From contig CBDBGZ010000009.1 in the NCBI GenBank assembly GCA_965205425.1, forward strand, positions 1,131,077 through 1,195,076: DNA of 64,000 bases, read 5' to 3'. The DNA comes from Nitrosopumilus sp. (GTDB lineage: Archaea; Thermoproteota; Nitrososphaeria; Nitrososphaerales; Nitrosopumilaceae). A program made the translations under genes and the position numbers. Shown piece after piece: positions 50,145 to 59,859 of the stretch (position 1 is the first letter of the stretch; every line of letters begins with the position of its first letter). Below the pieces are notes generated by a model. That model was not told where the DNA came from and did not search any database. It saw only the letters and a program-made list of their open reading frames with translations.

Positions 50145-51076
50145 TTTAGATCCAGATAGATAGGAATTCCCTTTTGACTAGATAAAAGTGCAGCTTCGGC
50201 AATCTTTGTAACATTTACCGCCTCTTGTGCAGTAACTACTTGTTGATTTTTGCCTTCAATTGCACCAAGAAAACTCTGAATTTCTAATAACAGTGGTTCT
50301 TGTTTTTCATTTTGTACAGTTTCAGATCCTTCATCTCTTTCTACAATAACTTCCTGACTGATAAAATCTGATGAAATTATTGCATCAGTACACACTGCAT
50401 TAAATTTCCTTACTTTTTTTGGGGTAATCCAATTTGATGAAATAATTGCAACTTTATCATTTTTGTATCCTAGCATTATGCTTGTAAAATCTTCATGTTC
50501 ATGTTTTATTTTCCCTGCTCTTGCAAATACAACTTGTGGCATATCATTAAACAACCAATTTGCAGTATCGATATCATGAACTGATGTGTCATAGATGATT
50601 CCAACATCTTTAATGTGTAGGGGCATTCTGTTTTCTCTATGAAATTCAAGCATCACTAGTTCTCCATATTTTTTATCATTAACCATTTTTTTAACAACAT
50701 CTACTGCTGGATTGAATCTTTCAATATACCCACAAGTAAGAATTACTTTATTTTTTTCTGCAAGTTTTGCAAGTGTTTGCCCATCTTCAGATTGATATGT
50801 CATTGGTTTTTCAACAAAGACATGTTTCTTTGCTTCTAACAATTTTTTTGCAATTTCTGTATGCGTAGATGTGGGAGTTACTACAAAAGCACCATCAAAT
50901 TCTTCAGCATTTAGTAATTCTTCTATTGATTCATAGTGATTAACTGAATATTTTTCTCCATATTCTTTACTTTTTTGAGAATCTGCATCACATACTGCAA
51001 CTAGTACTCCTAACTGGGACAAAACACGTGTATGATTTTTACCCCATCCGCCAGTTCCAATTTGTACAATCTTCAT
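50141..51076 (-). CDS. Gfo/Idh/MocA oxidoreductase (WbpB-like)
   Basis: IGTGGWG, VEKP, ERFNPA, DTSVHDID. Confidence 0.9.
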   Translation of the reverse strand: MKIVQIGTGGWGKNHTRVLSQLGVLVAVCDADSQKSKEYGEKYSVNHYESIEELLNAEEFDGAFVVTPTSTHTEIAKKLLEAKKHVFVEKPMTYQSEDGQTLAKLAEKNKVILTCGYIERFNPAVDVVKKMVNDKKYGELVMLEFHRENRMPLHIKDVGIIYDTSVHDIDTANWLFNDMPQVVFARAGKIKHEHEDFTSIMLGYKNDKVAIISSNWITPKKVRKFNAVCTDAIISSDFISQEVIVERDEGSETVQNEKQEPLLLEIQSFLGAIEGKNQQVVTAQEAVNVTKIAEAALLSSQKGIPIYLDLK

Positions 51077-51994
51077 CTAATAAACCTCAGTTAACCAATG
51101 AGCATAATCCTTATTTTTGTTCATTACTATGTCTGTATACTCTTGCATCATCTTTTTTGTAATATCACCAGGCTTTCCATTGCCAATTTGTTTAGAATCC
51201 ATTGTAATAATTGGTGTAATTTCAGCTGCAGTACCTGTAAGAAAAATCTCATCTGATATGATCAATTCACTTCTTGTAATATCTCTCTCAATTACATCAA
51301 TATCCAAATCTTTTCCAATTTTGATTATTGCATCACGAGTAATCCCTTCTAAAGCTGATGATGCAAGTGATGGTGTCACTAACTGACCATTTCTTACAAT
51401 GAAGATATTCTCTCCTGGGGCCTCACTCACATTTCCATTATGATCAAGTAAAATTGCTTCATCAACTCCATTACGTTTTGCTTCTTGGGTTGCTATGATG
51501 GAATTTAGATAATTTCCTCCCATTTTTGCTTGTGGAGGAGTAGACATGTCTGAGAATTTTCTCCAAGACACTACTCCTGCTGTAATTCCATTTTTGTTAA
51601 ATAAATCACCAAATGGAAATGTAAAGATTGCAACACTTGTAGGTGCTTTCTCTGTTACATGGAGATTGATTCCATAATCCCCAACAAAATAAAATGGTCT
51701 GATGTAACAAGATTTTTTAATTTTATTTTTTTTGCAGATGCCAATTATTGCATCAGTAATTTCTTGGTCTGAAAAATTAAGTGAAATATTATAAAATTGT
51801 CCTGATCTTCTAAATCGTTTTACATGTTCATCTAATCTAAACACATTGAGATTCTTTCCATTCCAATAAGCCCTTATTCCCTCAAAGATTGATGTTCCAT
51901 AATGAATTGCATGTGTTGTAATTGGTACTTGGGCTTTTTCTGTAGGAACATACTTTCCATCAAACCATACATATTTTGATAATGGAAGTTTCAT
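51077..51994 (-). CDS. ilvE: branched-chain amino acid aminotransferase (paralogue 2)
   Basis: HAIHYGTSIFEGIRAY, AKMGGNY, GENIF, LEGITR, TGTAAEI. Confidence 0.9.
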   Translation of the reverse strand: MKLPLSKYVWFDGKYVPTEKAQVPITTHAIHYGTSIFEGIRAYWNGKNLNVFRLDEHVKRFRRSGQFYNISLNFSDQEITDAIIGICKKNKIKKSCYIRPFYFVGDYGINLHVTEKAPTSVAIFTFPFGDLFNKNGITAGVVSWRKFSDMSTPPQAKMGGNYLNSIIATQEAKRNGVDEAILLDHNGNVSEAPGENIFIVRNGQLVTPSLASSALEGITRDAIIKIGKDLDIDVIERDITRSELIISDEIFLTGTAAEITPIITMDSKQIGNGKPGDITKKMMQEYTDIVMNKNKDYAHWLTEVY

Positions 51995-52022
51995 AGGAAA
52001 CTTTTAGCTGTTGTGTATTAAT

Positions 52023-52625
52023 CTATTTTGAATACCCTTCTTTAGGAAATTTCATTCCTACAATTCTAGTGGTTTGATCATCTCCATTTGCGTATTTTTC
52101 AACTGTTTTCCATTCATCTTCAATGATTTTGACTATGTTTTCTGGAACATCTTCTTCCCAGTTTGATTTCCCCCCAAGAACTGAATCATATAATTTTTCT
52201 TTAACTGATGTTGCAGAAAGTGATTTTCTTTCACCAATCTTTGGTTTTAGTCTATACATTTTCAACATGTATCCTTCAGCTTTGTCTCCTGTGTATGAAA
52301 AATAATCTCCTTCAACTCCATCAAGAATTTGTTTTCTTAATTTCCATGATTTTCTTCTTACAAGTGGTGGAAGATATTTTTTGAAAGGTGCCAAAAATGC
52401 ATAATCATCAGTAATTTTGATTGAATCCCCAAAAATAGATTCAAGCATTTTCTTTCTAGTTTCAAAATTAAATGGGAAGCTTTTACTGTTTATTTCTCTA
52501 TCTTCATCTCTGAATACTACTGGCATCACTTTGACAATATCTGCCTGTTTTTTTAATTCAGTAATTATTTCTACGTGAGCATTTGTAACTGGATTTAGAT
52601 GTGCAAGATAAAGTGCTGTAATCAA
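52023..52625 (-). CDS. nucleotidyltransferase (cytidylyltransferase/NMNAT-like)
   Basis: HLNPVTNAH (HxGH variant), PFNFETRK, SATSVK, WEEDVP. Confidence 0.75.
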   Translation of the reverse strand: MITALYLAHLNPVTNAHVEIITELKKQADIVKVMPVVFRDEDREINSKSFPFNFETRKKMLESIFGDSIKITDDYAFLAPFKKYLPPLVRRKSWKLRKQILDGVEGDYFSYTGDKAEGYMLKMYRLKPKIGERKSLSATSVKEKLYDSVLGGKSNWEEDVPENIVKIIEDEWKTVEKYANGDDQTTRIVGMKFPKEGYSK

Positions 52626-52676
52626 TTACATCAACTAAATAATTCTCATATTTCAATGATTGAATTTTAAAAAGTT

Positions 52677-53522
52677 CTATCCGTATGATTCGTATTTGAC
52701 TTCAAAGCTTCCATCTTCACGTTTGTCATGTTCTGTAACAAAGCCTTTAGGATTCAAAAAGTCCATCACACCGTCGATTGTTCCTTGCCATCCACAAACA
52801 TAGAACATTGTGTTTTCTTTAGTAATTTTATCGTCAATTAATTCCTCTAATGGTGAAAGTCCACTTTCTCTTGGTCTTAGGAATGTTTCAACTCTACCAA
52901 TTTGACCAGCCCATGATCTGTTAAACCATTCTTGTGGTCTACTGATTGCTGCTCTGTATCTGAAATTCCATTTATCTTTACCTTTGGCAATACTCTCATT
53001 TTCAAGATTAGTTAGCAAATCTTTGTAACTTAATTCATCAACATAACTTGCTCCGTGTAAAACAACGATTTCTCGTTTATCTCCTGTATCATGAAGATGT
53101 TGTGCAAAGCTTACAAATGGTGCTAAACCTGTTCCACCACCAATACAAACAATTCGTCTATTGTCTTTTTCGCCGTTTGAAAATTCTTCATTAATTAACA
53201 AAGCTCTTCCTGTTGGTTTTAACCAAAGAATTTCATCCCCTTCCTTAACATTGAAAATTTGTGTTGTTAATCTTCCAGGTAGTGGTTTTCTTACCCATCT
53301 AATTACCAATTCAATGTAATCTTTATTTTCTGGATGAGATGCAATTGAATAAGCTCGTCTAACAATTTTTCCATTTTCTACAGGATTTGGTAATCCTAAA
53401 GTGATGAATTGTCCTGCTTTATAATCTGGAACAGGGCCATCATTTGGAACTAATCTAATAATTACAAGATCTTCTTTCAATAATTGTACATAAGTAACAG
53501 TTGCTTTGTTATCTACGACCAT
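52677..53522 (-). CDS. ferredoxin--NADP+ reductase
   Basis: AGQF, RAYSIAS, GGGTGLAPF, YVCG, terminal ESYG. Confidence 0.92.
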   Translation of the reverse strand: MVVDNKATVTYVQLLKEDLVIIRLVPNDGPVPDYKAGQFITLGLPNPVENGKIVRRAYSIASHPENKDYIELVIRWVRKPLPGRLTTQIFNVKEGDEILWLKPTGRALLINEEFSNGEKDNRRIVCIGGGTGLAPFVSFAQHLHDTGDKREIVVLHGASYVDELSYKDLLTNLENESIAKGKDKWNFRYRAAISRPQEWFNRSWAGQIGRVETFLRPRESGLSPLEELIDDKITKENTMFYVCGWQGTIDGVMDFLNPKGFVTEHDKREDGSFEVKYESYG

Positions 53523-53648
53523 AACGATTGAATCAACATTTGCAAGGTTAAATATATTGTGTTAATTTCATATCCAGATTATCTTTTAGACCACTAAACG
53601 TTAATAACCAAATTTGTAAAACGTATTTCAATCAGATTTCTGATTATT

Positions 53649-53722
53649 GGGCCGGTCGTCTAGTCCGGTAGGATATGTGCATGGCATGCATGGGATCGAG
53701 GGTTCAAATCCCTTCCGGTCCA
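53649..53722 (+). tRNA. tRNA-Ala(GGC)
   Basis: Acceptor GGGCCGG/CCGGTCC with G3:U70, anticodon loop ATGGCAT. Confidence 0.95.
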
Positions 53723-53723
53723 C

Positions 53724-54260
53724 TTATTTTTTAATTGACAAAATCATTTTCTCTATTTCAGAATCTCTCTCTTTAAAAATTTCTTTTATTTTCTCATCTG
53801 AGATCGTTATTTTCAAATCTATTATTGCCTGTAATGCACTTTTTTTTACTTCTAAATTAGAATCAGATAATGCCTCAAGAAAAATATCTTTAGCTTCTTG
53901 AGCTTTTAGATATCCCAATGCTCCTAGTGCACATGATCTAACCATGGAACGTTCATCTTTTGCAAGTTTAATTATTTCAGGAATTGCTGATGTCTCATTT
54001 CTATTTGCTAATACTAGTGATGCAAAACCCCTGACATTTTTGTTTGCTGCATGCAAACCATTAATTAAAAAATTTGAAATTTTATTTTTATTTAATACAA
54101 GAGAACTAAATGCTTCTCCTCTCACTTGAATGTCATCGTCATTTAATTTTGAAATTACTTTTTCTAAAATTTCAGGATTATCATTATCATCTAAAGTTTC
54201 TAAAATTTTGATTTTTTCATCGCTACTTCCAAATTCTAAAACTTTTGAAATATTTTCCAA
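53724..54260 (-). CDS. HEAT-repeat protein
   Basis: Repeated L.D....VR..A..AL units. Confidence 0.85.
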   Translation of the reverse strand: MENISKVLEFGSSDEKIKILETLDDNDNPEILEKVISKLNDDDIQVRGEAFSSLVLNKNKISNFLINGLHAANKNVRGFASLVLANRNETSAIPEIIKLAKDERSMVRSCALGALGYLKAQEAKDIFLEALSDSNLEVKKSALQAIIDLKITISDEKIKEIFKERDSEIEKMILSIKK

Positions 54261-54375
54261 GTTCTGACTAAATTCCTTCTTTCTAGTTAATAATGCTTCA
54301 AATTTTTCAAAGTTTTTTCATTTAATTAGAAAAACTCCTTTTAGCTTTAAATTATCCTTAAATACCAAATTTTGC

Positions 54376-54663
54376 ATGTCAAATGAAACCAGAGACACCG
54401 TATTCATTGGTAAGAAACCATTGATGGCTTATGTAACATCAACGCTAATTCAATTGGCAAACTTACCAACCGTCAACATCAAAGCTAGAGGACTCAGCAT
54501 TGGACGTGCTGTCGATGTAGCTCAAATCATTGCAAGAAAGACTGAAAATGCAGGCTACACTATCGGCGAAATTAAAATTGGCTCAGAATCCTTAGAGTCA
54601 CAAGACGGTAGAACAAGAAATGTTTCAACAATAGAAATTGAAGTAAAGAGAAATACAAACTAG
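54376..54663 (+). CDS. albA: DNA/RNA-binding protein Alba
   Basis: VFIGKKPLMAYV, IKARG..I.RAVDVA, VSTIEI. Confidence 0.95.
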   Translation: MSNETRDTVFIGKKPLMAYVTSTLIQLANLPTVNIKARGLSIGRAVDVAQIIARKTENAGYTIGEIKIGSESLESQDGRTRNVSTIEIEVKRNTN

Positions 54664-54689
54664 TTGTACTTTACTTGAAATTTTTTATT

Positions 54690-55553
54690 TTATCTTTTTG
54701 ATTTTTCGTATTTTTTCTCCATTTTTCTAAACTTTGGAAGTTCAACCAAATCATTGAACTGATCAAAATTCACAACTTTTTGTTTATACTTTGAAGTGTT
54801 ACCGGATTTCTTTAATTCTTGAAGAATATTCATTGTTGCAAATGTATTTGCATACAACACTGACAATGGATATAGAATTATGTTAAATCCCATTTTACTT
54901 AATGCTTGAGCAGAACTTAATGGTGTAGCTCCTCCCTCAATCATATTTGCAACTAGTGGAGCATTGATCTCTTTTCCTATTCTTTTCATTTCATTTATTG
55001 TTCTTGGGGCTTCAACAAAAACTGCATCAGCACCTGTTTTCTTATTTTGTTTTCCACGTTCTATTGCTTCATCTAGGCCTTTAGTTGCTCTTGCATCTGT
55101 TCTTGCAACAATAATGAAATCTTTACTTTCCCTTGCATCAATTGCTGCTGATAATTTCTCTGTGTATTCTTCCTGTGTTACTACATCTTTTCCTTGCATA
55201 TGCCCACATCGTTTGGGCCATTTTTGATCTTCAAGGAAAATACCTGATGCTCCTGCTGATTCTAATTCCTTTACTAATTTCCATACGCTTAATGCATTTC
55301 CATACCCTGTATCTGAATCAACAATAACTGGAACTGATGCAGCTCTGCAAATTCTTCTAGCATTATCTACAGTTTCAGTAGCACCGATAAATCCATAATC
55401 TGGCATTCCAAATAATGTGGCTGAAGTCCCATAGCCTGTTTGGAACATTGCTTCAAATCCTACCTTTTGGGCAATTTTTGCTCCTAGTGCATCATAAACA
55501 CCTGGAATCACAAGTGGTTTTTTTGATTTTAACATACTTTTCAAATTTTTCAT
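54690..55553 (-). CDS. methylisocitrate lyase / PEP mutase family enzyme
   Basis: DSDTGYG, EDQKWPKRCGH, ARTDA, ANMIEGG. Confidence 0.9.
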   Translation of the reverse strand: MKNLKSMLKSKKPLVIPGVYDALGAKIAQKVGFEAMFQTGYGTSATLFGMPDYGFIGATETVDNARRICRAASVPVIVDSDTGYGNALSVWKLVKELESAGASGIFLEDQKWPKRCGHMQGKDVVTQEEYTEKLSAAIDARESKDFIIVARTDARATKGLDEAIERGKQNKKTGADAVFVEAPRTINEMKRIGKEINAPLVANMIEGGATPLSSAQALSKMGFNIILYPLSVLYANTFATMNILQELKKSGNTSKYKQKVVNFDQFNDLVELPKFRKMEKKYEKSKR

Positions 55554-55624
55554 AAATGAGTTCTTTATCTGAATTATTTATGATTTTAATTCATTTTTGA
55601 TTTTATAAAAATTGATTTTTTTGG

Positions 55625-56137
55625 TTATTCGATCTTGATTTCCTTGCCTTTCTTTTTTACATTTTTTTCTTGAACTTTTTTTAGTTCTGATTCGAGGAAT
55701 TGTTTGTATTTCTTTGTCTCCTCATCTGTCATATTGGCAAAATTAGAACTAAGAATAGACCCCATAGCTGAAATTTTCTCTAATAGATCTATTGCTACAA
55801 ATCTGCCAACGTTACCTAATCTGAATAATACCTCTAATTGCTTCTTTACAATATCATTTACCTTGTCCACATCTTCTGCTGTGTCTTTACCTTTCTTTGT
55901 TAGTTGATATTTCCCATCTTTAGTTTCTTCAATGAGTCCTTCATCTAGTAATCTTCCTAATAATGGATAGATCAATCCTGGTGATGGTTTCCAAATCCCA
56001 TTACTTTGCTCAACTGCATAATCGATAATCTCTTTTCCGGTATGAGGTGTTTTTTTCAATAATTCTAAAATGAAATATCTTGAAAATCCTCTAGGAACTG
56101 AACTTCCTACCCTTTGAAACCATTCAGAAATCATCAC
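55625..56137 (-). CDS. PadR-family transcriptional regulator
   Basis: ILELL, WKPSPGLIYPLL..L..EGLI, YQLTKKG. Confidence 0.9.
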   Translation of the reverse strand: MMISEWFQRVGSSVPRGFSRYFILELLKKTPHTGKEIIDYAVEQSNGIWKPSPGLIYPLLGRLLDEGLIEETKDGKYQLTKKGKDTAEDVDKVNDIVKKQLEVLFRLGNVGRFVAIDLLEKISAMGSILSSNFANMTDEETKKYKQFLESELKKVQEKNVKKKGKEIKIE

Positions 56138-56156
56138 TAGTGATATCGCTAGTGAT
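56133..56156. promoter_or_regulatory. tandem palindrome ATCACTAGTGAT-ATCGCTAGTGAT, putative PadR operator
   Basis: One perfect and one single-mismatch 12-bp palindrome over the padR start, in the divergent padR/sdh region. Confidence 0.6.
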
Positions 56157-56229
56157 ATATTTTAAGATTTTGGATCCTGCCTAGCAATTACTACATATTT
56201 ATCCCGCCCAAAGCAAGTTTGACTGAAAA

Positions 56230-57942
56230 ATGGTAGATTCTCTTGAATTTGATTTGATTATTTGTGGCTCTGGCCTTGCAGGTTTGAGGGCCGCAATTGC
56301 TGCAGCCAAAAAAGGACCTCATCTCAAAATTGGAATTGTTTCCAAAGTTCAAGTAATGCGTTCTCATTCTGTTTCCGCAGAAGGTGGAACAGCCGCAGTT
56401 CTTTTTGAAGATGAAGGTGATACAATTGAATCACATGTTTATGATACTGTCAAAGGAAGTGATTTTCTTGCAGATCAAGATGTTGCAGAAAGACTATGTG
56501 TAGAAATGCCACAAGAAATTCATCAATTAGATCATTGGGGAATGCCATGGTCTAGAAGAGACGATGGTAGGATTGATCAAAGAAATTTTGGTGGTTATAG
56601 TTTTCCTAGAGCAACTTATGCATCAGATAAAGTTGGTTTCTTTGAAATGCAAACTCTGTATGACACATGTCAGAAATTTGAAAATATTGAATATCTTAAC
56701 GAATGGTTTGTAACATCAATTGTTCATGATGGTAAGCGATTCATGGGAGTTACTGCAATTGAATTAGGTTCTGGTACATTTTACACTATCAAAGGAAAAG
56801 CTCTCATCATTGCAACTGGTGGTGCTGGAAGATTATACAGTTTTTCAACTTATGCACTTTCATCTACACCTGATGGTTTGGACATGGGATTACGAGCTGG
56901 CATGGCACTCAAAGATATGGAATTTGTACAATTCCATCCAACAGGAATCTTACCATCTGGAATTCTAATTACAGAAGGTGCTAGAGGAGAAGGTGGCTAT
57001 CTTCTTAACAATAAAGGTGAACGATTTATGAAAACATATGCAGAAAGCAAAATAGAATTAGCTCCACGTGATATTGTATCAAGATCAATTATGACAGAAA
57101 TTCAAGAAGGGCGCGGATTCAAACATGAAACTGGTGTTGATTGTATGAAACTTGATTTACGACATTTAGGAGATGAAAAAATTAAAGAAAAACTTGGAGG
57201 AATCAGAGAAATATCAATTAAATTTTCAGGCCAAGATCCTTCTAAGGATTTACTTGACATTAGACCTGTTTGTCATTACATGATGGGTGGATTACATACT
57301 GACATTGATGGAGCAACTGAAATTCAAGGGGTTTGGGCAGCAGGTGAGGCTGCATGTAACAGTGTTCATGGTTCTAATCGTTTAGGTGCAAATTCAACCT
57401 CAGAATGTATCGTATGGGGAAAAATCACAGGTGAATTGGCAATTGACTATATTCAAAAGAATGAATCTACAAATCCTTGGCCTCATCATTTGGTGGCAGC
57501 TGAAGAAAAGAGAATCTATGATGGAATCTTTAGAGGAAATGGGGATGTAAATCCATATGAAATTAGACAACAACTTACTGACACAATGAATGAAAAAGCA
57601 TATGTCTACAAAAATGAGAAAAATCTTGTTGAAGGCTTAAAGAAAATCCGTGAACTAAAACAACAAACATGGAAACACGTAGATGATAAAGCTAAAGAAT
57701 ACAATACTAATTTTTCAAATGTAATGGAACTTGATTCTATGTTTAGAGTAGCAGAAATTGTGTTACTTGGAGCAATTAATAGAAAAGAATCTCGTGGTGC
57801 ACATGCAAGAACTGATTTCCCAAAACGTGATGATGCTAACTTTTTACATCATACTCTTGCTTACTATGATCCAAATGAACCAATCATGAAAACCCATCCA
57901 GTTACAATTACTAAATACCAACCAGTGGAGAGGAAATACTAG
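56230..57942 (+). CDS. sdhA: succinate dehydrogenase flavoprotein subunit
   Basis: GSGLAG, RSHSVSAEGG, QFHPT, HYMMGG, HGSNRLGANS, ESRGAH. Confidence 0.96.
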   Translation: MVDSLEFDLIICGSGLAGLRAAIAAAKKGPHLKIGIVSKVQVMRSHSVSAEGGTAAVLFEDEGDTIESHVYDTVKGSDFLADQDVAERLCVEMPQEIHQLDHWGMPWSRRDDGRIDQRNFGGYSFPRATYASDKVGFFEMQTLYDTCQKFENIEYLNEWFVTSIVHDGKRFMGVTAIELGSGTFYTIKGKALIIATGGAGRLYSFSTYALSSTPDGLDMGLRAGMALKDMEFVQFHPTGILPSGILITEGARGEGGYLLNNKGERFMKTYAESKIELAPRDIVSRSIMTEIQEGRGFKHETGVDCMKLDLRHLGDEKIKEKLGGIREISIKFSGQDPSKDLLDIRPVCHYMMGGLHTDIDGATEIQGVWAAGEAACNSVHGSNRLGANSTSECIVWGKITGELAIDYIQKNESTNPWPHHLVAAEEKRIYDGIFRGNGDVNPYEIRQQLTDTMNEKAYVYKNEKNLVEGLKKIRELKQQTWKHVDDKAKEYNTNFSNVMELDSMFRVAEIVLLGAINRKESRGAHARTDFPKRDDANFLHHTLAYYDPNEPIMKTHPVTITKYQPVERKY

Positions 57943-58374
57943 ATGCCACAAGATGAACATAAAGAAGGTGTCAAAGGAATGGCTAATCCTACGAGATATG
58001 GAATTGAACGTGTTGCATATCTGTTAATGCGATTAAGTGGATTGGGATTATTGGCATATTTTGTAGCTCATATTTATGAAACAAGTAATATTCTTAGAGG
58101 CCAAGTTGGTTGGGATGACTTTTTAGCACTTACCCAAACAACTGAAGGACACATTGGAATGTCTATTGTAATTGCAATGTGTGTATTTCATACTGTAAAT
58201 GGAATTCGAGTAATGATGGGACATGGAGGAGTTGGTGTAGGAAAACCTGCAAGACCTGATTATCCATATGACCCAGCATCACAAAATTATAGACACAAAA
58301 TAGGAATTTACTCTGCAATTCTTTTAGCAGCAATTGCAATGATGTATGGTTTAGCGGTAATGTTTGGTGAATAA
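57943..58374 (+). CDS. sdhC: succinate dehydrogenase cytochrome b subunit
   Basis: 3 TM helices, RLSG, FHTVNGIR. Confidence 0.88.
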   Translation: MPQDEHKEGVKGMANPTRYGIERVAYLLMRLSGLGLLAYFVAHIYETSNILRGQVGWDDFLALTQTTEGHIGMSIVIAMCVFHTVNGIRVMMGHGGVGVGKPARPDYPYDPASQNYRHKIGIYSAILLAAIAMMYGLAVMFGE

Positions 58375-58375
58375 A

Positions 58376-58720
58376 ATGAGAGAAAGCACAATTATGAAAA
58401 TTCACTATGGTACGGCTTTGGCAGCTGTGGCTTTAGTTGCAGTTCATATTTTGATGCGTCTCACAATGAACTATACTGAATCTTTAGAATATGAGAACGT
58501 ACTTGCAAATTACAAATTAGTTCCATATGCTATAATGTTAGAGTTGATTCTAATTTTATTATCTGTACACGGATTTAATGGATTGAGAGTGATCTTACTT
58601 GAATTAAAACAAGGAAGAATGTATGAGAAAGCTGTTTCTTATGGTTGCCTTGCAGCAATGATTGGATTAATAGCCTACGGCTCAAGAACAATTATTATGA
58701 CTAACATGGGGATGGTATAG
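58376..58720 (+). CDS. sdhD: succinate dehydrogenase membrane anchor
   Basis: 3 TM helices, HGFNGLR; start placed at MRESTI. Confidence 0.85.
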   Translation: MRESTIMKIHYGTALAAVALVAVHILMRLTMNYTESLEYENVLANYKLVPYAIMLELILILLSVHGFNGLRVILLELKQGRMYEKAVSYGCLAAMIGLIAYGSRTIIMTNMGMV

Positions 58721-58722
58721 GA

Positions 58723-59490
58723 ATGGCACAAGTTTCTAGTATTGCAGATGAGCAAACATCAACACCAATATCTTCTTCACAATCTATTACACTTAGAATT
58801 TCAAGATTTAATCCAGAACATGATGAATCTAGTGGATTTATGGAATTTTCTGTACCTGTTGAGAAATGGACAACGGTTCTTGAAGCTATTCTTGAAGTCA
58901 AAAAACACTTTGATCATTCAGTCGCTGTTAGATATTCCTGTAGACAAGCTACATGTGGTTCATGTGGAATGATAATTAATGGAAAACCTAGGTTAGCATG
59001 TTTTACAAAAATTAGTGAATTAAACTCTAATGTTGTAACCGTTGAACCCATGAATAATTTCCCAATTATTCGTGATTTAGCTGTAAAGTTTGAAAAATTA
59101 TTTGATACTCATCAAAAAATAAAACCTTATCTTATTCGTGATGATACTGAACTAGTATCTGATGAAAAAGAATTTTTGCAATCCCCTGAAGAAGTAGAAC
59201 AATACATTCAGTTTGCAAATTGTATCAAATGTGGATTATGTAATTCTGCATGTCCTACTATGGCTACTGATTCTTCATTTGTTGGCCCTCAAGCACTGGC
59301 TCAAGCATATAGATATGTTGCTGATAGTAGAGATAAAGGAAAAGATTCTAGATTAAAAATAATTGATGATTCTCACGGAATCTGGAGATGTCATTTTGCT
59401 GGATCTTGTAGTCAAGTTTGTCCAAAAGGTGTTGACCCTGCAATGGGAATTCAATTGCTTCGAGGATATTTACTAGGTTTTAGAAGTTAA
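58723..59490 (+). CDS. sdhB: succinate dehydrogenase Fe-S subunit
   Basis: SCRQATCGSC, CIKCGLCNSACP, CHFAGSCSQVCP. Confidence 0.96.
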   Translation: MAQVSSIADEQTSTPISSSQSITLRISRFNPEHDESSGFMEFSVPVEKWTTVLEAILEVKKHFDHSVAVRYSCRQATCGSCGMIINGKPRLACFTKISELNSNVVTVEPMNNFPIIRDLAVKFEKLFDTHQKIKPYLIRDDTELVSDEKEFLQSPEEVEQYIQFANCIKCGLCNSACPTMATDSSFVGPQALAQAYRYVADSRDKGKDSRLKIIDDSHGIWRCHFAGSCSQVCPKGVDPAMGIQLLRGYLLGFRS

Positions 59491-59843
59491 CCTAGTTTTT
59501 TTGGATTTGGACTGTTGTTTACTTGATTATTGATTTGTTCAGCCATAAAGTGATTTGAAACATTAACTTTAACGTCTTTTACTCCATCAACTTTCAATAG
59601 ATTATCGTGAACATCTTGACAAATCTTAAAACCAAATACTGCTGGACAGAATGGACTGGTAAGATGCAAATCAACTTTGACATTGCTGTCGTTGATATCA
59701 ACTTCATCAATTAATTCTAATTCTACAATTGATGTGTTAATTTCTGGATCTACAATCTTTGATAGCTCATCAAATATTTTTACCCGCATCAGTTTGATAT
59801 CTTGGCTCATGTCGTGAAAACCATTGTTGCTATATATAACCAT
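59487..59843 (-). CDS. DUF59/MIP18 Fe-S assembly protein
   Basis: IVDPEI..SIVEL, LTSPFCP. Confidence 0.88.
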   Translation of the reverse strand: MVIYSNNGFHDMSQDIKLMRVKIFDELSKIVDPEINTSIVELELIDEVDINDSNVKVDLHLTSPFCPAVFGFKICQDVHDNLLKVDGVKDVKVNVSNHFMAEQINNQVNNSPNPKKLG

Positions 59844-59859
59844 TATAGAACCTTAGGTA

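Noticed and set aside
53647..53901. 84-aa ORF
   Set aside because: Overlaps tRNA-Ala and the antisense of the HEAT-repeat gene
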